A stretch of 64,000 nt of DNA from contig OZ024746.1 in NCBI GenBank assembly GCA_964016885.1, positions 95,108,001 to 95,172,000 of the forward strand, in the 5' to 3' direction. This document shows, piece after piece, positions 13,104 through 25,404 of this stretch. Each line of letters opens with the position of its first letter. Positions within the stretch are counted from its first letter, which is position 1. The notes under the pieces were generated by a model. It saw nothing but the letters and a program-made list of their open reading frames with translations, ran no database searches and had not been told where the DNA came from. Source of the stretch: Eledone cirrhosa (Eukaryota). The position numbers and the translations under genes were made by a program.

Positions 13104-14404
13104 AATCGGCTAGACGTAACGCCTAAAAAAGCCCTAAAAAGCTGAATAAATGAAGTTTTTCACCTAATGCGGGCCCTAGGCCATAAAAAGTTGGATGTTC
13201 TTTGCTCACGGTATGAAGAAGAGACTGACTAATACATAGTTACAATTTCAAGGAAATCGGTCTGACATAACGCCTCAAAATACCCCTAAAAAGCTATTTT
13301 TAAAAAAAACGCAGTTTTTCCACCTCATGCGGGCCCTAGGGGATCAAAAAGTTGAATTCTTTATGTCTATAACACTCCCTGAAACATAACGCGGGCCGCC
13401 CACAGACCTAATCGTGGTAAACTGCATGCCTGGACAATATGTAAAGAAAATAAACCGAATACTCTGATGCAATTAGTATTAGGTATGCTTCTCCTTCCAT
13501 GTGGAGAAAATAGGCTTGGTGCTTTTGTACTTTAATAAAGTGGCATGAGTCAGCAGGACAGATGTCACCACTTATGTCAGAGGGAAGTCTGCAATGCTTG
13601 AGCAAGGCATGACGTGCAATCGGACAGCATATGGAGCCTTCTCGAAGGAGTCCACTGCACCTTAGTAAGTAACGCAACTGGACAAACGTTTACCAAACTG
13701 TGGGAATAATTTAACAAATTTAAAGAGGAGTGGTGCAATAAAATGGGCCCCGAGGCGTGTGCGTGTTCACTGGCGGCCCTAAACGAAAGGGTCGCCATCA
13801 GTTACTTCAAGGGCCCTCAAAAGGGCCGTGTAAGCCGTTCACTGACACCCCAGTAAGGAGGGGTAACCATCAACAATTTCAAGTGGTGGCCCTAAAAAGG
13901 GCCATGTGAGCGTTGCCTTGTAGCCCTTAATAGTGACTTTGACTGCGTTCTCTGACATTTGAAGGAGGGTGTTGCGGTTGCTTCCACTGGTAGCCTTTAG
14001 AATGAATGAGAATGCGTTCGCGGTCCGTTTAACAGCCATGCATTGACGCGCCGAGTGCGATGCAGACAGCCAGACATACAGACAGATATTATAAGGGCGC
14101 GTTCTGGACTAAGAGGGAATTGTGGGAAGTGACGTAATGCAGACATACAGACATGCATTATAAGGGCGCGACGTTATATGTATGTATCTATCTAAAAAGA
14201 GAACGACTAAGAATTATAGAGAGAGATCGCTAAATCGCCTAGTGCGGTCCCTAGGGCATTGAAAATTTGAAAGTTTCTTTTGCTCAGAACACTCCCTAAA
14301 AGATAAGTATTACATGTGTAAAGTTTGAAAACAGTCGGTTGGGTGCTTCTCGAGTTTTAGGGATTCAAACTAACACACACACACAGACATCGTCAGTTTT
14401 ATAC

Positions 14405-14410
<6 letters not shown>
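13104..14410 (-). mobile_element. Non-autonomous Helitron, 3' end missing
   Basis: Minus-strand 5' region (aaaactcgagaagcacccaaccgactgttttcaaactttacacatg) is shared with the elements at 31745-32397 and 24552-25137. Internal ccctagggcccgcattagg modules are shared with 24610-25095. Confidence 0.7.
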
Positions 14411-14490
<80 letters not shown>

Positions 14491-14512
14491 TGAACTAACT
14501 GTTGTGTAACCA

Positions 14513-14548
<36 letters not shown>

Positions 14549-14551
<3 letters not shown>

Positions 14552-14618
14552 TAAAATAACAGATTAAAGTTTAAGCAACGAGCCCTCTTTGGATTTTAGT
14601 CTTCAATTTTATTATTAT

Positions 14619-14622
<4 letters not shown>
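14549..14622 (+). repeat. (TA)n-embedded short repeat family (ttaaaataacagattaaagtttaagcaa...), internally deleted copy
   Basis: Same ends as copies at 3022, 27481, 32092-32210 (minus) and 35045-35248 (minus). Confidence 0.75.
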
Positions 14623-14656
<34 letters not shown>

Positions 14657-14660
<4 letters not shown>

Positions 14661-14794
14661 AAAAAGTCAGGACCCCGACGGCTGAGCTCCGGCCGTTTCG
14701 ACAGCTAGATCCGAACGGCCGGAGCTCAGTCGTCGGGGTCCTGACTCTTTTCTTATTACCCACTATACTACCCTAAGTATCGAGTACTCTGGTG
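14657..14794 (+). mobile_element. Palindrome+tail element, copy 1
   Basis: Arms gaaaaagtcaggaccccgacggctgagctccggccgtt / aacggccggagctcagtcgtcggggtcctgactcttttc, then tail tacccactatactaccctaagtatcgagtactctggtg. Confidence 0.85.
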
Positions 14795-14872
14795 ATGCGT
14801 TGTGTCCTTAAGCAAGACACTTCATTTCACGTTGCTCCAGTTTACTCAGCTGTAGAAATGAGCTTGTGACGT
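14795..14872 (+). mobile_element. SINE central-domain fragment (family B)
   Basis: gttgtgtccttaagcaagacacttcatttcacgttgctccagtttactcagctgtagaaatgag is homologous to ~24237-24300. Confidence 0.6.
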
Positions 14873-15337
14873 CATGTAGTAATTCGATGAATATATTCCA
14901 CTCCATGATCGTTGAGCTGATTTAAACGGTTTTGGGTGCTATTTCCAGCGTCAGTATAAGCCTGTTATATTGTCCTCATACATTAAGTGTGGAAATAATC
15001 ATACAATAATTCAGCGTTGCAACACATAGTTTCACCATGTGGTCTACCTGTCCTCAGCCTGTTCCCTTATGTGGAATATATTCTTATAGGAATTTCAACG
15101 ATACATGTTGTTCTCTATAAGTGACATGGTATGTAAGATATATTTTCAACTAGTCCCCTTATTTGTAAGAAGAATGCACCCCCAATGAAGGAATTTTAAT
15201 TCTTCCAATATTGGTTATTCCAATATCTTGGAATTTTGTATTTTGAATTCCAGAAACCATGGGCAATATATAAGTTAAAGCCGACGTTTTTTAGCCGGTT
15301 TGGCTTATATTACCCTAAAATGAGATTTTAGCTCAAG

Positions 15338-15409
<72 letters not shown>

Positions 15410-16261
15410 CTGTGTGTGTGTGTATACATATATGTTTATATTTATTTCCACAGTAATACATGATTTACATATACATATACACACTTTATATAGATAGATA
15501 GATAGATAGATAGATGCAGAGAGGGGGGGAAGCGAGATGGTGTGTGGGGGAATTTAACAAAATGTAGAACACTGGTGGAACTTTTCAATAAAAACATAAA
15601 GCCGGTGCTGACTAACATGCCGGATATTGTTCTCCAAGACTTGAACAGAGTGTCATGAACTGTTATAGAAATCAGCTGGCCAACACTTCTGAAAGTCACG
15701 TTTTACTTTTCTAGATAACTATTAAATGTATTGCTCCACTAATCTACAGTGGATACAGATTGACTGAACTGTTGAGAAGTTTAAACAAAGTTTACTCGAA
15801 GTTCGGGTTGAAGCGCGAGTGTATTAGAGTCCACAGAATAATGAGAAAAACTCAACGCAAGAATAGTTGTTAAAACAGTAGAATGACGGCGTCGAGTAAA
15901 ATTTACCTCAAAGAAATCAGCAACTAAAAGTTTGTTGGCTCGCAGAAGTGATAGGAAGAAAGGAGCAAAGAAAGAAAATGGACGAGACAAGATCACATAA
16001 ACATCATTTCACATCTTCAGCTTTGAGACTGGCTGTAATTTCACATGGAAGAAAGTGGACAGCAGCTGCTTCGATGAATTGAACCCCATACTTCTCAAAT
16101 TCTGGGTGAATGCTTTAACTATAGAGCTAAACTGTAGCTGTTTCGGTGGCCTAGTAGGATGTATTAGAGACGGTGGTGATCCTTGTCTAGCGTTCAATCC
16201 TGGTCGGGAGATACGTGTAGGGTGTAATTTCACACGATTTAAGAAGTTTTCTTTGTAAACA

Positions 16262-16385
16262 TTAGGTCCCGGTTTCGATCCCACTGCGTAGCGTCTTGGA
16301 CACGTGTCATTTACCATAGCCTCAGGTAGACCCATGTCTTGCGAGGGAAATTGGGTAGACGAAAACTAGTGAGAAACCCATCAAA
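16262..16385 (+). mobile_element. Degenerate tRNA-derived SINE (family C)
   Basis: B-box-like ggtttcgatccc followed by cactgcg...ttggacacgtgtc...atagcctcagg...ggtagacgaaaact, a body I recognise as a common octopod SINE. Confidence 0.55.
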
Positions 16386-16734
16386 TAGACTTCTGTAAAT
16401 CAATTGGCCAACCTTGTCACAGATTTTGTTCCGTTGAATCTCCCTGAGCATTACGTTACAGGTATATATATTTATAGAATGCTCAATCACTTACACATTA
16501 ATTTCAGACCGTTCCGGACTAAAACCACAAGGCCAATGTCCGGTCACAAACAACTATCAGAACAAAATACTGAAAATTGATCTTAACTTCAAATGCACAT
16601 TGTGTAACTAATGAAATGATTGATCACACCTTCCCAAGTCTGAATATACACATATACATGATCAAGTTAACAGCTATATCCACTGGGCAATATGCCAACA
16701 CGTGGACGTTAAAATGTGGTATAAACGTGTATCA

Positions 16735-16985
16735 AACACGGTGTATGACAACAATCTGGTTACAACCCTTTGAGATATGCCTGTCAAAACCGACGAAAAA
16801 AAAGTCAAGGAAAACAGTCCAGACATCATAATCAACGATTTGACAAAAGTTACGTTGATAGACATCGTAATCGATTCTGAGCAAAATATTGCCCGAAGAG
16901 AAGTGGAAAAACTATTAAAATATAAAGATCTTGATACTGAAATACACAGGATGTAGGGCATGAAGGGAAAAACAATGGTAATAAT
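16735..16985 (+). pseudogene. Restriction-like endonuclease domain fragment of a non-LTR retrotransposon
   Basis: Translates PDIIINDLTKVTLIDIVIDSEQNIARREVEKLLKYKDL, matching the PD..D...K..KY RLE motif. Confidence 0.7.
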
Positions 16986-17199
16986 AAAGATCTAAGTATA
17001 ATAAACATTCAGAAAGGAGGTAGGCGTAAAAGCCAATCTCATTATTTTCAATTCCGTCTGCGTGCTAGCCCTTACCTATTGCCATGGAACTCGGATAATA
17101 ACCGAAAGAATATGATTGCGAATACTACCAGCCGAAATGAGATTCCTCCGAAAGGTCTTTGGAGTAATGCTACTCAATAGAGTGGGTAGCTCAGAGATC

Positions 17200-19560
17200 A
17201 GAGAGATCCACTCAGAGATCAGGTAGAGCCACTACTTCTACGAATTGAGTGATCACAGTTCCGATACTATGGATATGTGGTTAGAATATCTCAGGAAAGA
17301 ATCGCTGGTCAGATTTTACGTGCAAAACCAGCCATCAGGAGACCCAGGGGTAGACCCCGAGCAAGATAGTTCGATAACATACATGAATTTTGCTGGTCCC
17401 GCTTGGGGATCCAATTGGATCAGTTGGAGACGGTTGTTTCTGACAGGACTCGATGGAAGGATTGTTTGAGGACTCTGCAAGCACGACCCTCTCAGGAATA
17501 AGAATTATAAACAAAAATATGAACAATGATATAAGCCTTATCAAGGTTCAGAACGTTATACGCTATCAAAATAAATACTCCAAAGACGGCAAGGAATTGC
17601 TCCGATCCGAAGGAAATCCTGATAATGTGGCATAACCACTTTGATGAGTTCATCCGGTCGATTCCATCCAGACCTACAAAGCTGGTGGCAATGGTTGATC
17701 CCCCTTCATTTGACGAGGTGGCGAAAGCCATTGCCAAATTAAACAGCGGCAAGTCATCTGGAATGGATGGACTAAGCGCTGAGATCTTCAAGTATGTTGG
17801 TGATAACTTCTTAAACTGCCTCACTGATCTCTTTGTGAATGTTTGGGATGAAGAAGATGTACCGTAAGACTGGAAAGATGCATTGATGGTGGTACTTTAT
17901 AAAGGAAAGTAAGCAAAAGATTACTATAGCAACTACAGAGGTATTTCACTGCTATCTGTAGCTGGGAAGATCTTGTGCAGGATTTTGTTGGACAGATTGA
18001 TACAGCACATTGCTATTGATCTATTTCCTGTCCCAAAGTGGCTTTAGGAATGACAGAGGCACTTCAGGAGAAATGCATCGAGCAGCGTTTGGACTTATAC
18101 CAGGATTTTGTTGATCTGACCAAGGCCTTTGACACCGTAAATTGGGAGGCTTTGTGAGTTATTTTGGAGAGATTGAGCTGTCCTGAAAAGTTTGTGAACA
18201 TACTCAAGCTCTTCCACGATGACATGCAGACATGGGTAAATATTGGAGGTAAATTTTCTGAGTCAATCTCGGTTGAAAATGGTGTCAAGCAAGGTGATAT
18301 ACCTGCACCAACTTTGTTTGCCTTGTATTTTGCAATGGTGTTCTTCATGGCTTTCAAGGATTGTCAACATTGTATCTATCTCAGATATCACACTTCCACA
18401 AGCTGTTCAACCTCAGGTGTCTCACTGCCAACACTAATATACTGAGTACCTTGATCAGAGAATTTCTGTATGCAGATGATTGTGATCACTTCGCAGTGCT
18501 TTGGGACTGACAACCAGTCTGAATAAGACTGTCGTCATGTACAACCTGCTCCGGATAAAGTTTTCAATGAACCCTCTATACATGTATACAGTCAAAAGCT
18601 GAAGGTTGCTGATAGATTTGTGTATTTGGGGAGTACCCTGAGTGTGGCCTGCTCTCTGGATGCAGAAGTCGGTCTACGTATTAGTAAGGCAAGTGAGTCA
18701 TTTGGAAGGCTCAGCGACCGTCTGTGGTGCAGGCGAGGAATCACGATGAGGACCAAGGTGAGAGTGTTTGCTGCATGTGTAATGTCAGCATTGCTGTATG
18801 AGTGTGAGACATGGGTTGCCTACAAACGGCATATCAAAAGACTGGAACGATTTTACCAGTAGTGTCTCAGAAAGATGCTCGGTATCAAGTGTCAGATACA
18901 TGTCAGTCATGTTGAGGTACTTGAGAGAAGTGAATGTCGGAGCATTGAGAGTATGATCTACTAACGACGTTTGTGATGAACGGGACACCTGCAGAATGGA
19001 GGACAATCGAATCCCGAAACAACTTTTGTATGGCGAGCTTTGTAAAGGTAAGAGACCACCTCACAAGCCAAAGCTCCTATTCAAAGATTGTATAAAGGAC
19101 TCATTGAAAAAAAACTGACTTGGAGATAGAAGCTCTTGAAAGAGAAACTTGGCGTGGAATGGTGAATGATGGGGTCCATAATTTTGAGAACAGATGCATA
19201 GAGTACGAGAAGACTGAACGGGGTGTGCGTAAGCAATTCCCTGGTGAATCTCTCGAAACGATCAGTGTCTCCATTGAATTGGTGAATCCTGAGTGTGGAA
19301 AGGTTGGCTTGAGTAAATCTGGCCTCAGAAGCCACAGTTGCAGCCATGTTCAGAGAGAACCAGTAAACTATTATCTCCACGGTATTGTAGAAGTTCACAG
19401 GCAACCTGATGCAAGACCTGAGGCCAGCGAGATCCATAGTTGTCGTCAGTGTGTGAAGGAGTGCAAGTCTCTAGCAGGCTTGAAAAGCCATATCCGAGCG
19501 TCACACATCTGAATCTGACAAGCGATTGCAATACACTTAGTTTGCAACCATCATGTATGT
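17200..19560 (+). mobile_element. RTE-clade LINE, degenerate (stops and frameshifts), RT plus C-terminal C2H2 fingers
   Basis: Motifs GKSSGMDGLSAE, NYRGISLLSVAGKILCRILLDRL (~17930), FVDLTKAFDTVN (~18107), GVKQG (~18281), LYADD (18466-18480), FVYLGS, RIPKQLLYGEL. The 3' end gcaaccatcatgtatg runs into (TATG)n. Confidence 0.92.
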
Positions 19561-19597
19561 ATGTTGGTATGTATATATGTATTTATGTATATTTATG

Positions 19598-20100
19598 TCA
19601 GGTCGCTCTTCAGTGATACTGGTAACATGTAACCCAGTATATGCTGTGCATGGTCGGGTCGTCGGCGACTAAACCGGCAATCCCACCAAGCTTGCTTGGC
19701 GAGGAGGGGGCTTTTGGACACCTTACGGAATGAAAAACAAAACCCATCAAAGGGCGGAGGAACTCGGGAGAGTCAACGGCCATCCAATATTTTTTGTGGA
19801 AAGAGAGGCTCCTAGTCTTTAATAAGATATCTCTTTAGGAAAAGGTCACTCTGATATAAAACCTGCGACTTCGTTTTCATCCAATTATGTAGGCTTGTTC
19901 TCCTTTTTGGGCAAATGCATTCGATGTTTTGGCCCCGTGCAAAGCCTTTCCTCACTTAAAAAAGCATCGCTTGTTATGTGACATTTTTTGCGATGCATGG
20001 CAAGTCTCTGGTAGGACCAAAAAGCCATGTCCGTGATGCTCATGCTTAAGTATCAAGCGATGGTATTACTCGAAATCGAGTTGCAGCCATCATATATGTA
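19598..20100 (+). mobile_element. ~500-bp non-autonomous RTE-associated element (structured 5' part plus RTE-like 3' tail)
   Basis: 5' tactggtaacatgtaacccagta...ggcgactaaac and 3' ctcgaaatcgagttgcagccatcat resembling the RTE tail. Copies at 30868-31440 and 60470-60998 (both minus). Confidence 0.75.
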
Positions 20101-20102
20101 TG

Positions 20103-20442
20103 CACTCTCGGGTCCCAAATAAGTGGAGCGGGAGTAATAAGCGTAGTGGTTGGAAAATTGATAATTTTACTAGGTTGTCTCCGTTATTTTTTTTTTAAAC
20201 CAGAATTAGTCGTTTAGTTTACATATTGAGGCCCCAACCTATCCTATTTATTTTATGTTTTTTGTCATGTTTTTAATGCATAAAGAAAATTGATTGTCGC
20301 AGGACTGCTACCACTTAAAATAAAATTTTGCCGGAGATAGATTAGCAAGATTTAATAAGCGGGGTGGAGGAATAAGAGTGGACGTGGTGGAAAAAAAGTG
20401 GTGACGGGTGGGGGTGGGGGCGATTATTCGAGATACGAGAGA
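20103..20442. mobile_element. Tc1/mariner-type MITE (same family as 4218-4440)
   Basis: ctctcgggtccca...ttgtctccgtt...gccggagatagatta...ttattcgagatacgagag. Confidence 0.6.
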
Positions 20443-20584
20443 ATGTTGACAAATTAATTATCGGATAATGTTTTCCGGTTTTCAGTTCGGACGGTTCTAT
20501 GCGATCTGAATTCCAATTTAGTCGGGGTCAACCTCACCTTACATCTTTTCGGATGTCAATAAATATAGTAGCAATGTGGTACTG

Positions 20585-20651
<67 letters not shown>

Positions 20652-21393
20652 GTCTACTCTGGAGAGGATGAGCTCAGCCAGATTTAAAATGCGTGTGTGT
20701 GTCTATATATATATATATACACACAGACATATACACACACACACACACACTAAATCTCTGTCATTAGTGTCACTACGATTTGTGATAAAAAAAACCCAGA
20801 GATTTACACGTTGATGGCACAAGCCTAGCCATGCTGCTACGGACAAAAGACGTTAATAAGGTAACACAATCCCGCTATTTTCAGAGATTACAGCTTACCA
20901 AGTTATTTAGAGAGAATGAAGGGGAGAAATATATTAGGATGTGCAACACGTGTGAATGAATCATAGCAGCAAATGTCTTTCGACTAATGGAAAGTTTTGA
21001 GTCGAGCAGGCTAAGCAGATTCAATTTTACTTGTAATACACATTAAACAAATCTATCAACGCCACTAACACTTTCCTATTTCTCTTGTGGAGGTCCTTTC
21101 TGAAGCATCCTATTGGGTTATTTATGGATTGTTTCAGGTCTTCTACTTCTTATCGTGTCCACAAGAGTGTCAGTTACAGAGCTTGGCTAGATGTGGTTCC
21201 GCTACAACTGAACACATTGCTGTCCTTTCTCATTAAACTCTGCCAAGTCCTATGCTTGTGCAGGGGTGTTCCAGCAGGGGCCATTTAAGGAGGTGCTGTG
21301 TAGTCTGTGGTTCGATGTCGCAGTCACACACAACGTCCCCATCCTTTATATATCCCCATTTTGCAAGTAAGATAATTCGATGTGAATGAATTG

Positions 21394-22905
21394 CAGCTCA
21401 GCTATATCCCATCACAGCTGAGCCATATCCCATCACAGCTGAGCCATATCCCATCACAGCTGAGCCATATCCCATCACAGCTCAGCCATATTCCATTACA
21501 GCTCAGTCATATCCCATCACAGCTCAACCATATCCCATCACAGCTCAGCTATATCCCATCACAGCTCAGCCATATCCCATCACAGCTCAGCCGTATCCCA
21601 TCACAGCTCAGCCATATCCCATCACAGCTCAACCATATCCCATCACAGCTGAGCCGTATCCCATCACAGCTCAGCCATATCCCATCACAGCTCAACCATA
21701 TCCCATCACAGCTCAGCCATATCCCATTACAGCTCAGTCATATCCCATCACAGCTGAGCCATATCCCATCACAGCTCAGCCATATCCCATCACATCTGAA
21801 CCATATCCCATCACAGCTAGGGCCATATCCCATCACAACTCAGCTATATCCCATCACAGCTGAGCCATATCCCATCACAGCTCAGTCATATCCCATCACA
21901 GCTCAGTCATATCCCATCACAGCTCAGTCATATCACATCACAGCTCAGCCATATCCCATCACATCTGAACCATATCCCATCACAGCTAGGGCCATATCCC
22001 ATCACAACTCAGCTATATCCCATCACAGCTCAGCCATATCCCATCACAACTCAGCTATATCCCATCACAGCTCAGCCATATCCCATCACAGCTCAGCTAT
22101 ATCCCATCACAGCTCAGCCATATCCCATCACAGCTGAGCCATATCCCATCACAGCTCAACCATATCCCATCAGAGCTCAGCCTTATCCCATCACAGCTCA
22201 GCCATATCCCATTACAGTTGAGCCATATCCCATCACAGCTCAGCCATATCCCATTACAGCTGAGCCATATCCCATCACAGCTCAGCCATATCCCATCACA
22301 GCTCAACCATATCCCATCACAGCTCAGCCATATAACACCACAGCTGAGCTGTATCCCATCACAGCTGAGGCATATCCCATCACAGCTCAACCATATCCCA
22401 TCACAGCTCAGTCATATCCCATTACAGCTCAGTCATATCCCATCACAGCTCAACCATATCCCATCACAGCTCAGCCATATCCCATCACAGCTCAGCTATA
22501 TCCCATCACAGCTCAACCATATCCCATCACAGCTCAGCCATATCCCATTACAGCTCAGTCATATCCCATCACAGCTCAGCCATATCCCATCACAGCTGAG
22601 CCATATCCCATCACAGCTCAGCCATATCCCATCACAGCTGAGCCATATCCCATCACAGCTCAGCCATATCCCATTACAGCTCAGTCATATCCCATCACAG
22701 CTCAACCATATCCCATCACAGCTGAGCCATATCCCATCACAGCTCAGCCATATCCCATTACAGCTCAGTCATATCCCATCACAGCTCAACCATATCCCAT
22801 CACAGCTGAGCCATATCCCATCACAGCTCAGCCATATCCCATCACAGCTGAGCCATATCCCATCACAGCTCAGCCATATCCCATCACAGCTCAGCCATAT
22901 CACAT
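21394..22905. repeat. 21-bp minisatellite cagctcagccatatcccatca, ~72 copies
   Basis: Directly visible; produces the SQLSHIP ORFs. A 1-bp indel shifts the frame, which argues against coding. Confidence 0.97.
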
Positions 22906-23626
22906 TACTTGCTCCTCGCATTTGCAAAATATCAGTACGTCTGGTGAGGGATGAGCCTCACCAGACTTGTATGTTCTTGGCACTCTACAGAAATAAGAAC
23001 TCATCTCTCGCGCCCCATTGACTTGTGAAGTGGTGTGTGTGTGTGTGTGTGAGTGTGTGAGGGTGTGTGTGAGTGTGTGTGTGTGTGTGTGCGTGTGTGT
23101 GTGTGTGTGTGCTTGTTTGTGATTGTATTCACTTCTATAATTCTATCTATCATTTTTTTTTTTTTGCTTAACCTTCATTTATTATATTTATGTAATAAAT
23201 CGTCAGTAGCAACAGACAATATTCACAGTTGTATAAATAGCATTGCAAATATTGATGGAAATATGAAAGATAAAGAAATAAAGGATAAAAACGAAACCAA
23301 GCAAGGAATAGAGGGCGGGGGGGGGGGATAAAGAAGGACAGATCTGACTGTATAGGAAAATAGGAGAAAGGGCTATAAATGCCATAAATGAGAGGAAAAG
23401 AGGGGGAAAAGCAAGGACTATGAAAAAGGAGAGGGTGATAGGCTCTATTTATAATAGTCAAACAAATTCTCCTTCTTCAGCCTTATACTGAATGACGATA
23501 ATCTAACGGGGAAGTCTCTGGTGTGGTCATTTGACATGCTAGGAACAGTAGTGAAATCTCGTTTAAAGTCTTCTCACTATCGTCTTTAAAAACATGAATA
23601 TATTGGTTAACGTAGTCTGGGGTACA

Positions 23627-23980
23627 TTGGCAGTATCGGTAGAGGGTCGGACATGTTTTGCATAGATTTACGGCCCTTTATGATCTGAGTTCAAATCTTT
23701 GCCTTTCATCCTTATGGGGTCGATAAAATAAAGGACCCGTAATGAACTGGGGTAACTGCTGGCCTTGTCCCAAATGTAGAAACAATTATTATTGGGGGGA
23801 AATACACTATGGTCACGATTAATTAACTTTGATCATATAGGAGGGGAATTGGCAAAGTCGTTAGACCGTTATAATAAATACCTAGGTGTTCTAGTCCTAT
23901 GTGTTCTGCTGAGGTCAAATCCTGCCGAGGTCAACTTTGACTTTCATCCTTTCGGAGTCGATAAATAAAACACCAGTCCA
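23627..23980 (+). mobile_element. Two SINE family A copies
   Basis: ttggcagtatcggtagagggtcggac...gagttcaaatc...cctttcatccttatggggtcgataaa, plus a second more diverged copy from ~23845. Confidence 0.8.
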
Positions 23981-24159
23981 AGTGGGGTGGATTAGTGTGT
24001 TTGTTCGGTATCACTACGGTCTGAGGTCAACTCACATCGTCTCTCTATTACTGGTAAAACAGTGACACATTTGTCAGGAATTGACACCAGCATTGTTTTC
24101 TTGGTTCGATCTGATGAATGGCTTCTTTTCTTTCTAGATCAGTAATGGAAAAGCTGTGA

Positions 24160-24412
24160 AGGTGCATGAACTAGTGATTAAGGTGTTGGACTTACGATCA
24201 TAATGTCATGGGTTCGATATTTGAACCGGGTAGTTTGTTGTGTTCTTGAGCAAAACGCTTCATTTTATTTTGCTCCAGTACATAGCTGAAAATGAGTACC
24301 AGTAATAGCTGGGGGGGGGGGGCAACCGTGCGATGCACTGGCACCCTGTTGGAGGTGTTGGGAGGATCTTGGACGCTCAATCACTTTATGCCAATGAAAC
24401 CGGAATAAGACC
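24160..24412 (+). mobile_element. tRNA-derived SINE family B
   Basis: A-box-like tgaactagtgatta, B-box gggttcgatat, central gttgtgttcttgagcaaaacgcttca...agctgaaaatgagtacc. Confidence 0.65.
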
Positions 24413-24551
24413 AATAGAAACACAGTTTTCTTGGTACTATCAGACAGTTGATATATTTTATTGTTTTCATCATAAGTCTGCTCTAGTGATGACAGAATCA
24501 CCCACCAATAGTGATTCCTCTGAGTCTGAGGTTCTCAAAGTTGGGTACTTC

Positions 24552-25137
24552 CAAAACTCGATAAGTACCCAACCGATTTTTTTCAAACTTTACATGTATA
24601 TTACTTATGTTTCAGGGAGTGTTATGCACATAAAAATTTAACTTTTTGATTCCCTAGGGCCCGCATTAGGTGAAAAAGTGCGGGCTTTTCAGCTTTTTAG
24701 GGGTATTTTGAGGGGTTACGTCAGACCGATTTCCTTGAAATTGTAACTATGTATTAGTCAGTCTCTTCTTCATACCGTGAGCAAAGAAAATCCAACTTTT
24801 TTATGGCCTAGGGCCCGCATTAGGTGAAAAACTTCATTTTTTTTAGCTTTTTAGGGCCTTTTTGAGGCGTTACGTCTAGCCGATTTTCCCGAAATTTCAA
24901 GGCATATTATGCACATAAAAAAAATTCATTTTCTTGATCCCCTAGGGCCCGCATTAGGTGAAAACCTGCATTTTTCCTGCTTCATCGAGTAAAATCTTAA
25001 AGATTATCCAGCCATCAGAATATTCGGTTTATTTTCTTTACATATTGTCCAGACATGCAGTTTTTCCACGATTAGGTCTGTTGGCGGCTCGCGTTCCAAA
25101 ATACCTTATCCCGTGCAACGCCGGGTACCACTGCTAG
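24552..25137 (+). mobile_element. Non-autonomous Helitron, 5' terminus missing
   Basis: 3' hairpin cccgtgcaacgccggg then CTAG (25134-25137) then T; three internal ccctagggcccgcattaggtgaaaa repeats. Confidence 0.8.
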
Positions 25138-25162
25138 TATATAATATTTATTTACACATAGT

Positions 25163-25340
25163 ATTGTCAATATCGGTAGAGGGTCGGACGCCACGCTTTG
25201 CAGCATAGAGTTACGGCCCTTTACGGTCTGAGTTCAAATCCCGCCGAGGTTAACTTTGCCTTTCATCCTTACAGGATCTATAAAATAAAGCACCAGTAAT
25301 GCACTGGGGTAATTGCTGGCCTTGTGCCAAAAGTAGAAAG
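25163..25340 (+). mobile_element. SINE family A, near full length
   Basis: A-box-like ttgtcaatatcggta, B-box gagttcaaatcc, family body and tail gtgccaaaagtagaaa. Confidence 0.88.
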
Positions 25341-25404
25341 TTAAAGATTTTATTTATTATATATTATTTACAATTTGCGTGTAGGCAGGTGTCTCTGGAA
25401 ATAG

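Noticed and set aside
9566-13145. Three >1000-aa ORFs (poly-V, His/Cys-rich, Thr/Asn-rich)
   Set aside because: All are translations of a stop-free 15-bp satellite; no unique domain or splice evidence. Not called as CDS.
15020-15062. Minus-strand CUGAGGA...GAAA inside an element bounded by gaatatattccac/gtggaatatattc
   Set aside because: Stems I-III do not pair convincingly; may be a heavily decayed motif.
15540-16260. Unique sequence with short ORFs as a possible host exon (also 43335-43660 and 56750-57050)
   Set aside because: No recognisable protein motif or confident splice pair; BLASTX or RNA-seq would be needed.
21382-23021. SQLSHIP-repeat ORFs
   Set aside because: 21-bp minisatellite with a frameshifting indel; no coding evidence.
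24105-24165. CUGAUGA plus 7-bp stem II plus GAA, a hammerhead-like half
   Set aside because: Interrupted by a SINE at the GAAA position; no convincing stem III or stem I recoverable.
25163-25245. tRNA-like heads of SINEs as tRNA genes
   Set aside because: A/B boxes are present but there is no intact cloverleaf, and they continue into the SINE body.
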